DNA of 63,382 nucleotides, filler included, from an uncultured bacterium (GTDB lineage: Bacteria; CAZSTA01): assembly GCA_964609495.1 (NCBI GenBank). It is 23 parts of 23 records of this genome, joined end to end, with 100 filler letters (N's around TTAATTAATTAA, not from the genome) between each part and the next. Parts side by side here need not be neighbours in the genome. Positions count along the whole stretch, not along the records: positions 53,202 to 55,685 come from CAZSTA010000308.1; positions 55,786 to 58,262 come from CAZSTA010000309.1; positions 58,363 to 60,823 come from CAZSTA010000310.1; positions 60,924 to 63,382 come from CAZSTA010000311.1; 19 more parts are not named here. One strand, given 5' to 3'. The notes beneath the pieces were generated by a model. That model saw only the letters and a program-made list of their open reading frames with translations. It was not told the origin of the DNA and made no database searches. Every line of letters starts with the position of its first letter. Position 1 is the first letter of the stretch. This document shows, piece after piece, positions 53,698 to 62,839 of this stretch. The position numbers and the translations under genes were made by a program.

Positions 53698-54494
53698 ATA
53701 AACCAGATGAATGGATAGAAAAAGAAATCCTGATAACTGTTAAAGCATATCCCAATAGAAGCAAGAAATATGGAGAAACTGTTTGTGTAGCAGGCATCAG
53801 CAAAGAGGATGGTTGGATAAGATTGTATCCTGTTCCTTTCCGCGATTTAGAGGATTGGCAAAAATTCAAGAAATATCAGGTTGTTAAATTAAAAGTTAAG
53901 AAACAAGAGGGAGACTCAAGACCAGAAAGCCATCGTCCTAATTTTGATGATATGGAAATAATAAGAGAATTATCTACAAAGGGAGACAAAAACTGGACAT
54001 TGAGGAAAGAGTATGTATTGCCAACATTAAGTAATTCAATGTGTGAGATATTAAGAGAACAAGAGAGAAGCGATAAATCCTTAGGAGTATTTAAGCCAAA
54101 GGAGGTGATAGAACTTGTTATAGAGGAAGATACCTCAAAATCCGGTAATCAAAGTATGCAATTATCACTATTTAGTAATAAACAACCGTTAGAAAAAATA
54201 CCATATACTTTCAAATATCACTATAGATGTGATGATCCAAATTGTAATGGGCATGAACAATCGATAAGTGATTGGGAGATTTTCGCATTATATCGAAGAA
54301 TGAAAAGAGAATACGAAGATATAGAGATAGTTAAGGAGAAGGTGAGAGAAAAATTTATAGATCAACTTTGTAGTCCTAAAAGAGATACATATTTTTTTGT
54401 AGGTAATCATTCACGACATCGTAACTCCTTTATGGTTTTAGGAGTGTTTTATCCACCTAGAGATCCTAATTTACCTCTATTCCAATATCAATAA
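53694..54494 (+). CDS. uncharacterised DUF488-associated protein with QLSLF motif and putative Zn site
   Basis: 4-nt overlap with DUF488; TVKAYP..S.KYGETVCVAG..WIRLYP, DSRPES, QLSLF, CxxxxCxxH, DWE. Confidence 0.85.
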   Translation: MNKPDEWIEKEILITVKAYPNRSKKYGETVCVAGISKEDGWIRLYPVPFRDLEDWQKFKKYQVVKLKVKKQEGDSRPESHRPNFDDMEIIRELSTKGDKNWTLRKEYVLPTLSNSMCEILREQERSDKSLGVFKPKEVIELVIEEDTSKSGNQSMQLSLFSNKQPLEKIPYTFKYHYRCDDPNCNGHEQSISDWEIFALYRRMKREYEDIEIVKEKVREKFIDQLCSPKRDTYFFVGNHSRHRNSFMVLGVFYPPRDPNLPLFQYQ

Positions 54495-54504
54495 TCTAAT
54501 TACT

Positions 54505-55685
54505 ATGAATCTCTTTGATTTAGAAAGAGAGAAGAATATCGAAAGGGAAGCTCCTCTAGCTCTGCGGATTCGTCCTCGCACCCTAGAGGAGTTTGTTGGT
54601 CAGGAGGAGATCGTTGGGCCGGGCAAGCTCCTGCGAAGAGCGATAATCGCCGATCAATTAAGCTCTCTTATCTTCTGGGGTCCTCCGGGAACGGGGAAGA
54701 CTGCTCTAGCTAAGATCATAGCCAATACGACCCAAGCGGAATTCGAGCAGTTGAACGCGGTAACCTCCGGAGTTCAGGATATCCGCAATGTGGTTCAGAG
54801 AGCTATGGAACGAAGAGGGATGTTCAATCGGAGGACGATCCTCTTTATAGATGAGATCCATCGCTTCAACAAGGCTCAACAGGATGCTCTCCTCCCCTAT
54901 GTGGAGAATGGCACCGTAATCTTGATCGGAGCTACTACGGAGAATCCTTACTTCGAGATAACTCCTCCTCTCATCTCTCGCTCTCGCATCTTTCAATTTA
55001 AGCCCTTGACGGAGGAAAATATCCGCACTATACTAAATATCGCTCTAAAGGATGAGGAGAGGGGATTAGGGAAATATAAGATTGAACTGGAGGAGGAGGC
55101 CTTGAAGCACCTGATCGACGTGGCTAATGGCGACGCTCGCTCGGCCCTGAACGCCTTGGAATTAGCGGTTGTTACTACGAAACCTGACGAGAGAGGGCTA
55201 AGGCATATCACCCTCGAGGTAGCTGAGGAATCGATTCAGCGTCGAGCGGTGATCTATGATAAGAGTGGTGATAGCCACTATGATACCATCTCGGCCTTCA
55301 TCAAAAGTATGCGTGGCAGTGATCCCGATGCCGCTCTCTACTGGCTAGCTAAGATGATCTATGCAGGAGAGGATCCTCGTTTCATCGCTAGAAGGATGGT
55401 GATCTTCGCCTCGGAGGATATAGGAAACGCTGACCCTCATGCTATATCAGTCGCCACCGCCGTAGCGCATGCCGTTGAATATGTCGGTATGCCCGAAGCT
55501 CAATTATCCTTAGCCCAGGGTGCGACCTATCTAGCCACTGCAGAGAAGAGCAATGCCTCTTATCAGGGATTGATAAGAGCTTTAGATGATGTGAAGAATG
55601 ATAGAACGATGCCTGTTCCCCTTCATCTGCGAAGTAGCTCTTACAAGGGGGCTAAGGATTTATCTCGCGGAGAGGAATATAAATA
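54505..55685 (+). CDS. rarA: replication-associated recombination protein A (RarA/MgsA; 3' truncated)
   Basis: PLA.R.RP.TL, WGPPGTGKT, DEIHRFNKAQQD, GATTENP, SAFIKSMRGSDPDA, ASEDIG.ADP. Confidence 0.97.
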
Positions 55686-55785
55686 NNNNNNNNNNNNNNN
55701 NNNNNNNNNNNNNNNNNNNNNNNNNNNNNTTAATTAATTAANNNNNNNNNNNNNNNNNNNNNNNNNNNNNNNNNNNNNNNNNNNN

Positions 55786-56078
55786 CTAAGACGCCTCTAT
55801 ACCCCTATCCTCCCTTTACTTACCTATTATTTCTGTTATTAGCGATAGTGCCTACGATCTTCGGACATACAGTATTTAACTGGTCACTCAGATACATCGA
55901 AACCTCGATCGTAGCGGTGAGCATCTTGGGAGAGCCGATTGGAGCAACTATTCTAGCGATCCTATTTTTAGGAGAGATTCCATCAGTTGTTAAAGTGCTA
56001 GGTGGAGCACTCATTCTATTCGGGATATATATCTCCGCTAATAGATCTAAGGTCGTTGAGGAGAGGGCTTTAGAGTAG
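55786..56078 (+). CDS. EamA/DMT transporter, C-terminal part
   Basis: PTIFGHTVFNWSL, LGEPIGATILA..FLGE. Confidence 0.88.
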
Positions 56079-56087
56079 ATATTATAT

Positions 56088-56438
56088 TTATCTATCATTC
56101 CTGATATATGCCCTCTCCAAGTATGAGGGTGTCAGCACTAAATCTATAACAAGATCCTCACTGCTTACTGCAACCTTCAATACATAGCCACTTAAACCTA
56201 TATGAAGCATATCTCCGCTTTCCAACTTCTCCACTATTATTCTCTCTGGTCGCCCCGAACCCCTTTTTAGGAAGCTCCCATTAGAGGAATCAAGATCGTG
56301 AAAGATAAAGCCATCTTTATACTCTATCCTAGCGTGGTGATTAGACACCCTCTTGTCAGGGAGAACTATCATATTATCTTCTCCCCGACCTATAGCTATC
56401 GGACAATCCATCTTCACGAACCTATATTCTCGTTTCAT
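56088..56438 (-). CDS. FHA domain protein
   Basis: IGR..N.IVL..VSNHHA..DLDSSNGSF..L.SGD.L.IG. Confidence 0.9.
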   Translation of the reverse strand: MKREYRFVKMDCPIAIGRGEDNMIVLPDKRVSNHHARIEYKDGFIFHDLDSSNGSFLKRGSGRPERIIVEKLESGDMLHIGLSGYVLKVAVSSEDLVIDLVLTPSYLERAYIRNDR

Positions 56439-56558
56439 CTTTGTAAATGCCCACCCCTAGCAACTAAGATTTATACCTCTAGTCGCTATTAAGAGGAGAA
56501 GCTTCCTTTGTAACAATTTTCACAAGCGATCTCGGTCGAAAAAATCTTATCCAAATAA

Positions 56559-56587
56559 TTGATTATTATACTCGATTCTGGTATAAT
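56559..56587 (+). promoter_or_regulatory. putative sigma70 promoter for the NTPase-TPR gene
   Basis: TTGATT-17 bp-TATAAT with extended -10 TG. Confidence 0.55.
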
Positions 56588-56647
56588 TAAAGTAGAAATT
56601 TGAATAGTTATATAGGCGGAAAAATCCAAATATAAGCTAAATTAACT

Positions 56648-56748
56648 CCCCCTCACCCTATCCCTCTCCCACGAGGGGAGAGGGAACATCCAGATAAGCC
56701 TGATCTATTCAGTTCCCCTTCCCTTGACGGGAGGGGTTAGGGGAGGGT
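56648..56748 (+). repeat. REP-like doublet (type A + type B)
   Basis: Type A 56648-56687; type B 56715-56748. Confidence 0.9.
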
Positions 56749-56774
56749 GGTTTAAAGATATTGAGGAATTGAAA

Positions 56775-58262
56775 ATGACATCACTTCTAAACAAAATACG
56801 GGAATTATTAAAAGCCGAATATCTCAATGTTGGTATTGTGGGAATATTGACATTAATAGTAAGCATAATCCAAGTTGTCCCGCAAGGAAGAAGGGATAGA
56901 AAGCTGAGAGAATCTGCCAAGTTTCCCTTTGATCCCATTTCTTTGAAGAATCTTTTCTCCCGCTTAGCCCTCGATAATATCCCCTATCTGGATAGACCAA
57001 AGAATTGGAAGAAGGCAAAGGATGAAAAGAAGTCAAGAAGAATCCTCATCACTGGAGGGCGAGGAATGGGTAAAACTAGGGAAGCTTATGAGAGGATCAG
57101 GGAGATCAAGAAGAATTACTTAGAGGAAACAACGATCCTCCTCCCCCAAGAGAACACCTTCAAGCCTCCTCCTGGTTATTATCCAAATATCAGGACCAAT
57201 CGTATTATTCTTCTTATAGATGACATCCCTCGTAGGTATATCAGCCAAGGTGAGAGTCAAGAGGGAGTTCAAGGCTATGACTTTCAGAACAATCTGGAGG
57301 AGGTGATCGAATATTTCGAGGAACTCTCTCCGAACTTCATTCTGATCGCCACTGCTAGAAGCGATGAGCTGGAGAAGATGAATTATCCGAGAAATGAGTT
57401 CTGGAATACCTTCGAGGAGATCTGTTTAGAGAAGCTTGATGAGGATAGAACGATAGAATTTATTAATAGATTGAGCAAGGAATTCGAGATATCTATTGCG
57501 GATGAGTTGAAGGAGGAGATAGCGAGAAGTAATTATGGTTCGCTGAAGAACTTGGCTTTCTTCTTCAGAGAGAAGAGCGGTGGAGAGATCTCTTCTGCCG
57601 AGGTGAGGGATTTCCGAGAACGACAGGGCGAGATTTGGAAAGAAGTATATAATAGATTGGGTGATGGTGAACAGCTTATCTTTCAGGTGTTGAGCCTGCT
57701 ATATCAAGGGCAGATACTTTCCCATCTGGAGATGGTTATTAGACTAGGGATGAAACTGGAAAAGGGCTTGATCTGGAGAGAGAAGGGAAAAGTTAAGAGA
57801 GCGATAGATAGCTTGGTGAGAAAGGGATGGATAGAGAGAGGGGATGGGATAATCTCTTGCCATCCAATTCAGATCGAGGAGATAGTAGAGTTAGAAGAAT
57901 GCTTAGAATTAGTAGCAAAAGAATTTATGGAGGTAGCCAGTAATAAACGATATAGATTAGTGATGTATTCTTCATTTTACTCTTTCGGTGGTGTTTTGTA
58001 TTATGCGAAACACTATAAATTACATTCTAAGGTAACTGAAACTGCTATCAAGATCAAGCCTAATGATGCTGATGCTCACAACAACCTAGGGCTTGCCTAC
58101 TATAATCAAGGGAAGCTAGAGGAAGCTATCTCCGAGTATAAAACCGCTCTCCAGATCAAGCCTGATTATGCTCCCGCTCACAGCAATCTAGGGCTTGCCT
58201 ACAAAACTCAAGGGAAGCTAGAGGAAGCTATCTCCGAGTATAAAACCGCTCTCCAGATCAAG
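56775..58262 (+). CDS. TM - P-loop NTPase (STAND-like) - TPR protein (3' truncated)
   Basis: TM segment VGIVGILTLIVSII; Walker A GGRGMGKT; Walker B ILLIDD; ILIATAR sensor; 34-aa TPRs; start reassigned to the ATG after GAGGA. Confidence 0.8.
58050..58262 (+). repeat. near-identical 102-bp TPR-coding tandem repeat
   Basis: AGATCAAG recurs at 102-bp spacing; second halves of the units are identical. Confidence 0.92.
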
Positions 58263-58362
58263 NNNNNNNNNNNNNNNNNNNNNNNNNNNNNNNNNNNNNN
58301 NNNNNNTTAATTAATTAANNNNNNNNNNNNNNNNNNNNNNNNNNNNNNNNNNNNNNNNNNNN

Positions 58363-58407
58363 ATGGGGGGCTAGTGGTCGCTGGTTCAAATCCAGTCGCC
58401 CCGACCA
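58363..58407 (+). tRNA. tRNA-Pro(GGG), 3' part (5' end lost at contig edge)
   Basis: Loop AT-GGG-GG, GCTAG 3' anticodon arm, GGTTCAAATCC, CGCCCCGACCA. Confidence 0.8.
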
Positions 58408-58462
58408 TTTCTATGCCCTTAATAGCATTTATTCATTGGCTAATGAAATCAGGAACATATAA

Positions 58463-58620
58463 GTGAAAATTCGTATCGATCTCTAACCTTAGAACGTGCG
58501 GAAGAACGAGGCGCAAATGAAGAAGAGATTAAGGATGTCATAGAGACAGGCTTCCTTATAGAAGCGAAGTATAGTCGGTTTGGGAAAGCAAAGGTCTTTC
58601 CCTTCAAATGGGAGGGGTAA
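58463..58620 (+). pseudogene. DUF4258 (BrnT-like) toxin pseudogene
   Basis: GTG-KIRID then 1-nt frameshift with stop at 58484; TLERAEERGANEEEIKDVIETG..KVFPF joined directly to KWEG*, implying an internal deletion. Confidence 0.7.
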
Positions 58621-58829
58621 AGATTAAGGTTTACTATAATGATAAAACCGATTTGCTTTATATCAGGTTCGATGAGCGAAAACAGCAAGTTGTGAACAAA
58701 AGGGTCGCCGAGGATATTGTTCTTGACATTGGGGATAAAGATAGAATAATTGGGATTGAAATTTTAGATGCTTCAAAGCATGTGAATCTTGAAGCTCTAT
58801 TGCCGATTCATTACGAATTACAGAAATAA
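58608..58829 (+). CDS. DUF2283 family protein (putative antitoxin)
   Basis: KVYYNDKTDLLYIRF..DIVLD..IIGIEILDASK. Confidence 0.9.
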   Translation: MGGVKIKVYYNDKTDLLYIRFDERKQQVVNKRVAEDIVLDIGDKDRIIGIEILDASKHVNLEALLPIHYELQK

Positions 58830-58886
58830 AGGTTTTTCACTGGCTACAGTAAACACGGACTTGGCGGTTTCGATGCTTCGCACCTT

Positions 58887-58903
58887 TCCAGTCGCCTCGA
58901 CCA
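58887..58903 (+). repeat. copy of tRNA-Pro 3' end (att-like)
   Basis: TCCAGTCGCCTCGACCA, 16/17 identical to 58391-58407 and 59675-59691. Confidence 0.85.
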
Positions 58904-59016
58904 AATGACGATAACAAATTACAATTTTAGATCTCACCTAGAACTGGGCATAGATAAAGCTGAACATATTTTACACTATGAATGTTACTGCCATTGCTAA
59001 AAAGGAGGGATTTCTC

Positions 59017-59241
59017 ATGAGGCAGTTTAAAATTGTCATAGAGAAACATCCCGACGGTTATGTAGCATATCCATTAGGACTCAAAGGTGTTGTAGTCGGA
59101 CAGGGAGATACCTATGAAGAGGCACTTTCTGATGTAAAATCAGCGATTCGTTTTCATATTGAGACCTTTGGAAAGGAAGTATTAGAGGTAGAGCCACAAA
59201 TTATTGAGGCTTTTGTTGCCGAAGCAAGAGTAGAAGTTTGA
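59017..59241 (+). CDS. hicB: HicB family antitoxin
   Basis: IVIEKHPDGYVAYP..VVGQGDTYEEAL..AI.FHIE; RBS AAGGAGG. Confidence 0.88.
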   Translation: MRQFKIVIEKHPDGYVAYPLGLKGVVVGQGDTYEEALSDVKSAIRFHIETFGKEVLEVEPQIIEAFVAEARVEV

Positions 59242-59283
59242 TGACAAAGTTTCCTGTTAATGCATCCAAGCGAAAGGTAGTAA
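59241..59283 (+). pseudogene. HicA toxin remnant (first ~14 codons)
   Basis: TGATG coupling to hicB; MTKFPVNASKRKVV resembles HicA N-termini, then similarity ends and a stop follows at 59325. Confidence 0.6.
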
Positions 59284-59316
59284 ATAGGAAGAACGGAAGA
59301 AAGGGGGGCATAGACT

Positions 59317-59505
59317 ATGAGATATAGAGTTTTGATTGAGCAGGATGAGGGAGGGATGTTTGTTGCTGAATGTCCTTCTTTACCAGGATGTATTTCTCAG
59401 GGCAAGACTCGGAAAGAGGCTCTCGAGAACATTCAAGACGCTATTAAAGGCTACTTAGAAAGCCTCAAGAAGCATAATGCTGATTTGGTTAAGGACGAGG
59501 ATTAA
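59317..59505 (+). CDS. hicB: HicB family antitoxin (orphan)
   Basis: YRVLIEQDEGGMFVAECPSLPGCISQGKTRKEALENIQDAI. Confidence 0.92.
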   Translation: MRYRVLIEQDEGGMFVAECPSLPGCISQGKTRKEALENIQDAIKGYLESLKKHNADLVKDED

Positions 59506-59559
59506 GTTCCCGTTAACGGTGTTTCAAGATAGGCCTGAGCAGTATTCAGTAATTGCGAT

Positions 59560-59592
59560 CATTTCTATGCCATCAATAGCATTTACCCATTG
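59560..59592 (+). repeat. direct repeat of the sequence at the end of and following tRNA-Pro(GGG)
   Basis: 29/33 identical to 58406-58438; preceded by a decayed tRNA 3' end (ATTCAGT....CGATCA). Confidence 0.85.
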
Positions 59593-59614
59593 TAATTGAA
59601 TATAAATGTTAGGT

Positions 59615-59691
59615 CGGGGCGTGGCGCAGTCTGGTAGCGCACCAGCTTCGGGAGCTGGGAGTCGCTGGTTCAAATCCAGTCGCCCCGACCA
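59615..59691 (+). tRNA. tRNA-Pro(CGG)
   Basis: CGGGGCG/CGCCCCG acceptor stem, CCAGC-TT-CGG-GA-GCTGG anticodon arm, encoded CCA. Confidence 0.97.
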
Positions 59692-59706
59692 ATTCTATGT
59701 AATAAG

Positions 59707-60823
59707 GTGAAAAAAATGGAAAATAAAATCGAATTGGCTTACTATGGAAAAGAATCTGAGGAAAAAATCCTGAAAGGAGAATTTCCTGCTACTTTTAAGG
59801 AGATCAAATCTTCTGGTATTTTAAGGTTAGACGGTTGGCAAAATATGCTCATCTTAGGGGACAATCGGGCAGTGCTTAGACTTCTCCTTCAAAACCAATC
59901 AATTAAGGGAGAGGTAAGATTAGTTTATATAGATCCACCGTTCTCAACAAATCAAGTATATAAGGGTGGTAAAGATAGGACTGCTACAGTAAGTAGAAGT
60001 GAGGAGGATACTACGGTATATGAGGATACTCTTATAGGCTCAGAATATCTCGAGTTTTTAAGGAGAAGACTTATCCTCCTAAGAGAAATATTAGCGGATG
60101 ATAGCTCTATATATGTTCATATTGACTGGAAAATGGGACATTATGTGAAGGTTCTTATGGACGAAATATTTGGTCAAGAGAGGTTCATAAACGATATAAC
60201 CAGGGTCAAATGCAACCCTAAAAATTTTAAGAGAAGAGCTTACGGAAATATTAAAGATATGATTCTGTTCTATTCTAAAACAGATAGTTATGTTTGGAAT
60301 GACCCTCAAGAAGAGCTAACAGAAGAGGATATAAAGAGGCTGTTCCCGAAAATTGATAAGAATGGAAGAAGATATACGACAACGCCTTTACATGCTCCCG
60401 GAGAAACTAAAAATGGTCCTACTGGAAAACCATGGAGGGGTAATAAGCCGCCTAAAGGAAGACACTGGAGATACCCTCCCGATAAGTTGGAGAGGTTGGA
60501 TAATCTAGGATTAATTGAGTGGTCATCAACAGGGAATCCTAGAAAGAAGATCTATGCGGATGAAGCCTTAGCGAGAGGGAAAAAATTACAAGATATCTGG
60601 GAGTTTAAAGACTCTCCTTATCCTACATATCCTACGGAAAAGAACCTAGATATGTTAAAAATGATTGTAGAGGCTTCATCCAATCCAGATGATATAGTTT
60701 TAGATTGTTTCTCTGGATCAGGAACTACCCTCGTAGCGGCAGAATTGATGGGAAGAAAATGGATAGGTGTAGATAATTCTCCTGCGGCTATTGAGATCGC
60801 TCAGAAAAGATTGAATTCAATAA
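59707..60823 (+). CDS. beta-class amino (N6-adenine/N4-cytosine) DNA methyltransferase (3' truncated)
   Basis: Motif IV YIDPPF precedes motif I DCFSGSGTT; YPTEK; true start may be the ATG at 59716. Confidence 0.95.
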
Positions 60824-60929
60824 NNNNNNNNNNNNNNNNNNNNNNNNNNNNNNNNNNNNNNNNNNNNTTAATTAATTAANNNNNNNNNNNNNNNNNNNNN
60901 NNNNNNNNNNNNNNNNNNNNNNNCTATAT

Positions 60930-61691
60930 ATGTCTACATTTGACACCCATAGAAAGATAGATGAGATAGCCTACAAGCAGATAATCCCCACTGGTCAGCT
61001 TGGCAACTTCCCTTCGCTTGAGAGTATTCAATCTTATGAAGGATTGATGGGACCAGATGGAGCATTAATCCGTTTGGAGCCAGAAGGGAAAGACTCCTTC
61101 CACTACTATAATCCTCAAAATGGGAAGGGAGATGCTCCAGCTCATGTTCAACTTTATTACTATAAATTAGTTGATGAACTCATTCAAATTAATCCGAATC
61201 TTGAACTTGCCGCTAAATACGCGGCTTGGATGGCTCACTTTGTTGCAGATTGTTTAGATCCTGCCCACCATATCGGCGATTACCAGAATCCGGGCTCCAT
61301 AGATAATAACTGGTATGATCCCATTTGGGATAACGTGGATTCGATGTGGAGCTTAAAGAATAGACATCTCTGGTTTGAGGTTCACTTTCTTTTCCATTCC
61401 TTATCCCCTCTATACAAGTGGAAGGCGGACCCTATAGATTGGAGTTTTATCCAGTTACAACAGAAACTTACCGATCCAAATAGGATTCAAGATTATATAA
61501 AGAAAAAAGCTAAGGAGATATATGATCTCCATATCTATGAGCTCTTTCTTCTTACCAGTTGGAATTCGACTGTTATTAAAGCAATAGATAATGAAGTTAT
61601 GCCGAAGACGATTTCAGCGATCGCTACGCTGTGGCTCTCAGCCTCTCAGGAGGCTGAGATATCGAGGATAAATATTGCGGACAATTTATGA
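60930..61691 (+). CDS. Zn-dependent phospholipase C / S1-P1 nuclease superfamily protein
   Basis: THRKI, GPD, HYYNP, AAW.AHFVAD..DPAHH, HLWFE metal-ligand pattern. Confidence 0.75.
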   Translation: MSTFDTHRKIDEIAYKQIIPTGQLGNFPSLESIQSYEGLMGPDGALIRLEPEGKDSFHYYNPQNGKGDAPAHVQLYYYKLVDELIQINPNLELAAKYAAWMAHFVADCLDPAHHIGDYQNPGSIDNNWYDPIWDNVDSMWSLKNRHLWFEVHFLFHSLSPLYKWKADPIDWSFIQLQQKLTDPNRIQDYIKKKAKEIYDLHIYELFLLTSWNSTVIKAIDNEVMPKTISAIATLWLSASQEAEISRINIADNL

Positions 61692-61758
61692 ACGAGAGAT
61701 AAAGATGATTATACCCAATTTTTGATTTAATAAGCTCGGGAGGTGAGGGATATAACTG

Positions 61759-62814
61759 ATGAAACCAAGGGAAAGGGTGCTAAAAGCCATAGAACATCAA
61801 GAGGCGGATCGAATCCCCTTAGATTACGCGGGAACTCCTGAGACCACTGAGAAGCTCTATCGTCATTTCGGGGTTAAGGATAGAGAGGAACTGATTCGAA
61901 AATTAAATATAGATATGCGGATGATAATTCCCGCCTATATCGGACCAGAATTAAGGGTCTTCCCTGATGGCACTTGGGAGGATGAGTGGGGATCGCGATA
62001 TAAGAAGCAACATTATGCGATAGGAAGCTATGATGAGGTATGTTATTATCCCTTAGCTGAGGCGAAATCGGTAGAGGATGTCGAGAAGTATAACTGGCCG
62101 AAAGCCGAGTGGTATGATTATGAGGGATTCGCTTGTGAGTGCGAGAAATATGAGGATTATGCTATCTTAGCTGGATATGCCGCTATCTATTATGCTTATT
62201 GGAGAATGCGCGGAATGGATCAAGCACTTATAGATATCGCCTTAGAACCAGAACTGGCTAAGGCTATAATCTTCAAGATCACCGACTTCTCTTACACATA
62301 TTTCACTGAGATATTAGAGATTTCAGCAGATAGGATCACAATGATCCACATCGCCGATGACTTTGGGACTCAAGAAGGACTTATGATAAGTCCAGAGATG
62401 TTCCGTGAGTTCTTTGCTCCTAGTATGACGCGTCTGATAGACTTAGTTCACAGCTATGGAGTAAAGGTCTTCTTCCACTCCTGCGGCAGTGTTATCGATA
62501 TCATCCCTGATCTAATCGAGGCGAGGATCGATGTGTTAGACCCACTTCAACCTCAAGCAAAGGGGATGATCCCGCGGGAATTGAAGAGGCGATTCGGAGA
62601 TAAGTTATGTTTTCATGGCTCGATGGATGTTCAAGGGACCCTTCCCTACGGAACTGTGGAGGATGTAAAGAGAGAGGTTAAGGATAGAATAGAGGCCTTA
62701 GGGCCTGGAGGAGGATTCATCCTAGCTCCTTGCCATAATATTCAACCCGATACTCCTGTAGAGAACGTCATTGCTATGTATGAAACTGCGCTGGAGTTCG
62801 GGATATATAAATGA
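61759..62814 (+). CDS. uroporphyrinogen decarboxylase / MtaA-CmuA family protein
   Basis: RERVL..I.HQEADRIP, ADDFGTQ..LMISP, FHSCG, GGGFILAPCHNIQ. Confidence 0.92.
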   Translation: MKPRERVLKAIEHQEADRIPLDYAGTPETTEKLYRHFGVKDREELIRKLNIDMRMIIPAYIGPELRVFPDGTWEDEWGSRYKKQHYAIGSYDEVCYYPLAEAKSVEDVEKYNWPKAEWYDYEGFACECEKYEDYAILAGYAAIYYAYWRMRGMDQALIDIALEPELAKAIIFKITDFSYTYFTEILEISADRITMIHIADDFGTQEGLMISPEMFREFFAPSMTRLIDLVHSYGVKVFFHSCGSVIDIIPDLIEARIDVLDPLQPQAKGMIPRELKRRFGDKLCFHGSMDVQGTLPYGTVEDVKREVKDRIEALGPGGGFILAPCHNIQPDTPVENVIAMYETALEFGIYK

Positions 62815-62839
62815 GAAAAACTTAGGAGGTGTAAAAAAT

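Noticed and set aside
56724-56774. N-terminal extension of the NTPase-TPR ORF
   Set aside because: Starts inside a REP-like repeat; the ATG at 56775 has an RBS
58050-58262. TPR repeat pair as a DGR template/variable repeat
   Set aside because: Differences are not confined to adenines (e.g. GAT/CCC, GAT/TAT), both copies are in-frame coding, and no reverse transcriptase is present
58408-59600. Classical integron cassette array
   Set aside because: No convincing attC (RYYYAAC...GTTRRRY hairpin) sites and no intI; boundaries match tRNA 3'-end copies instead
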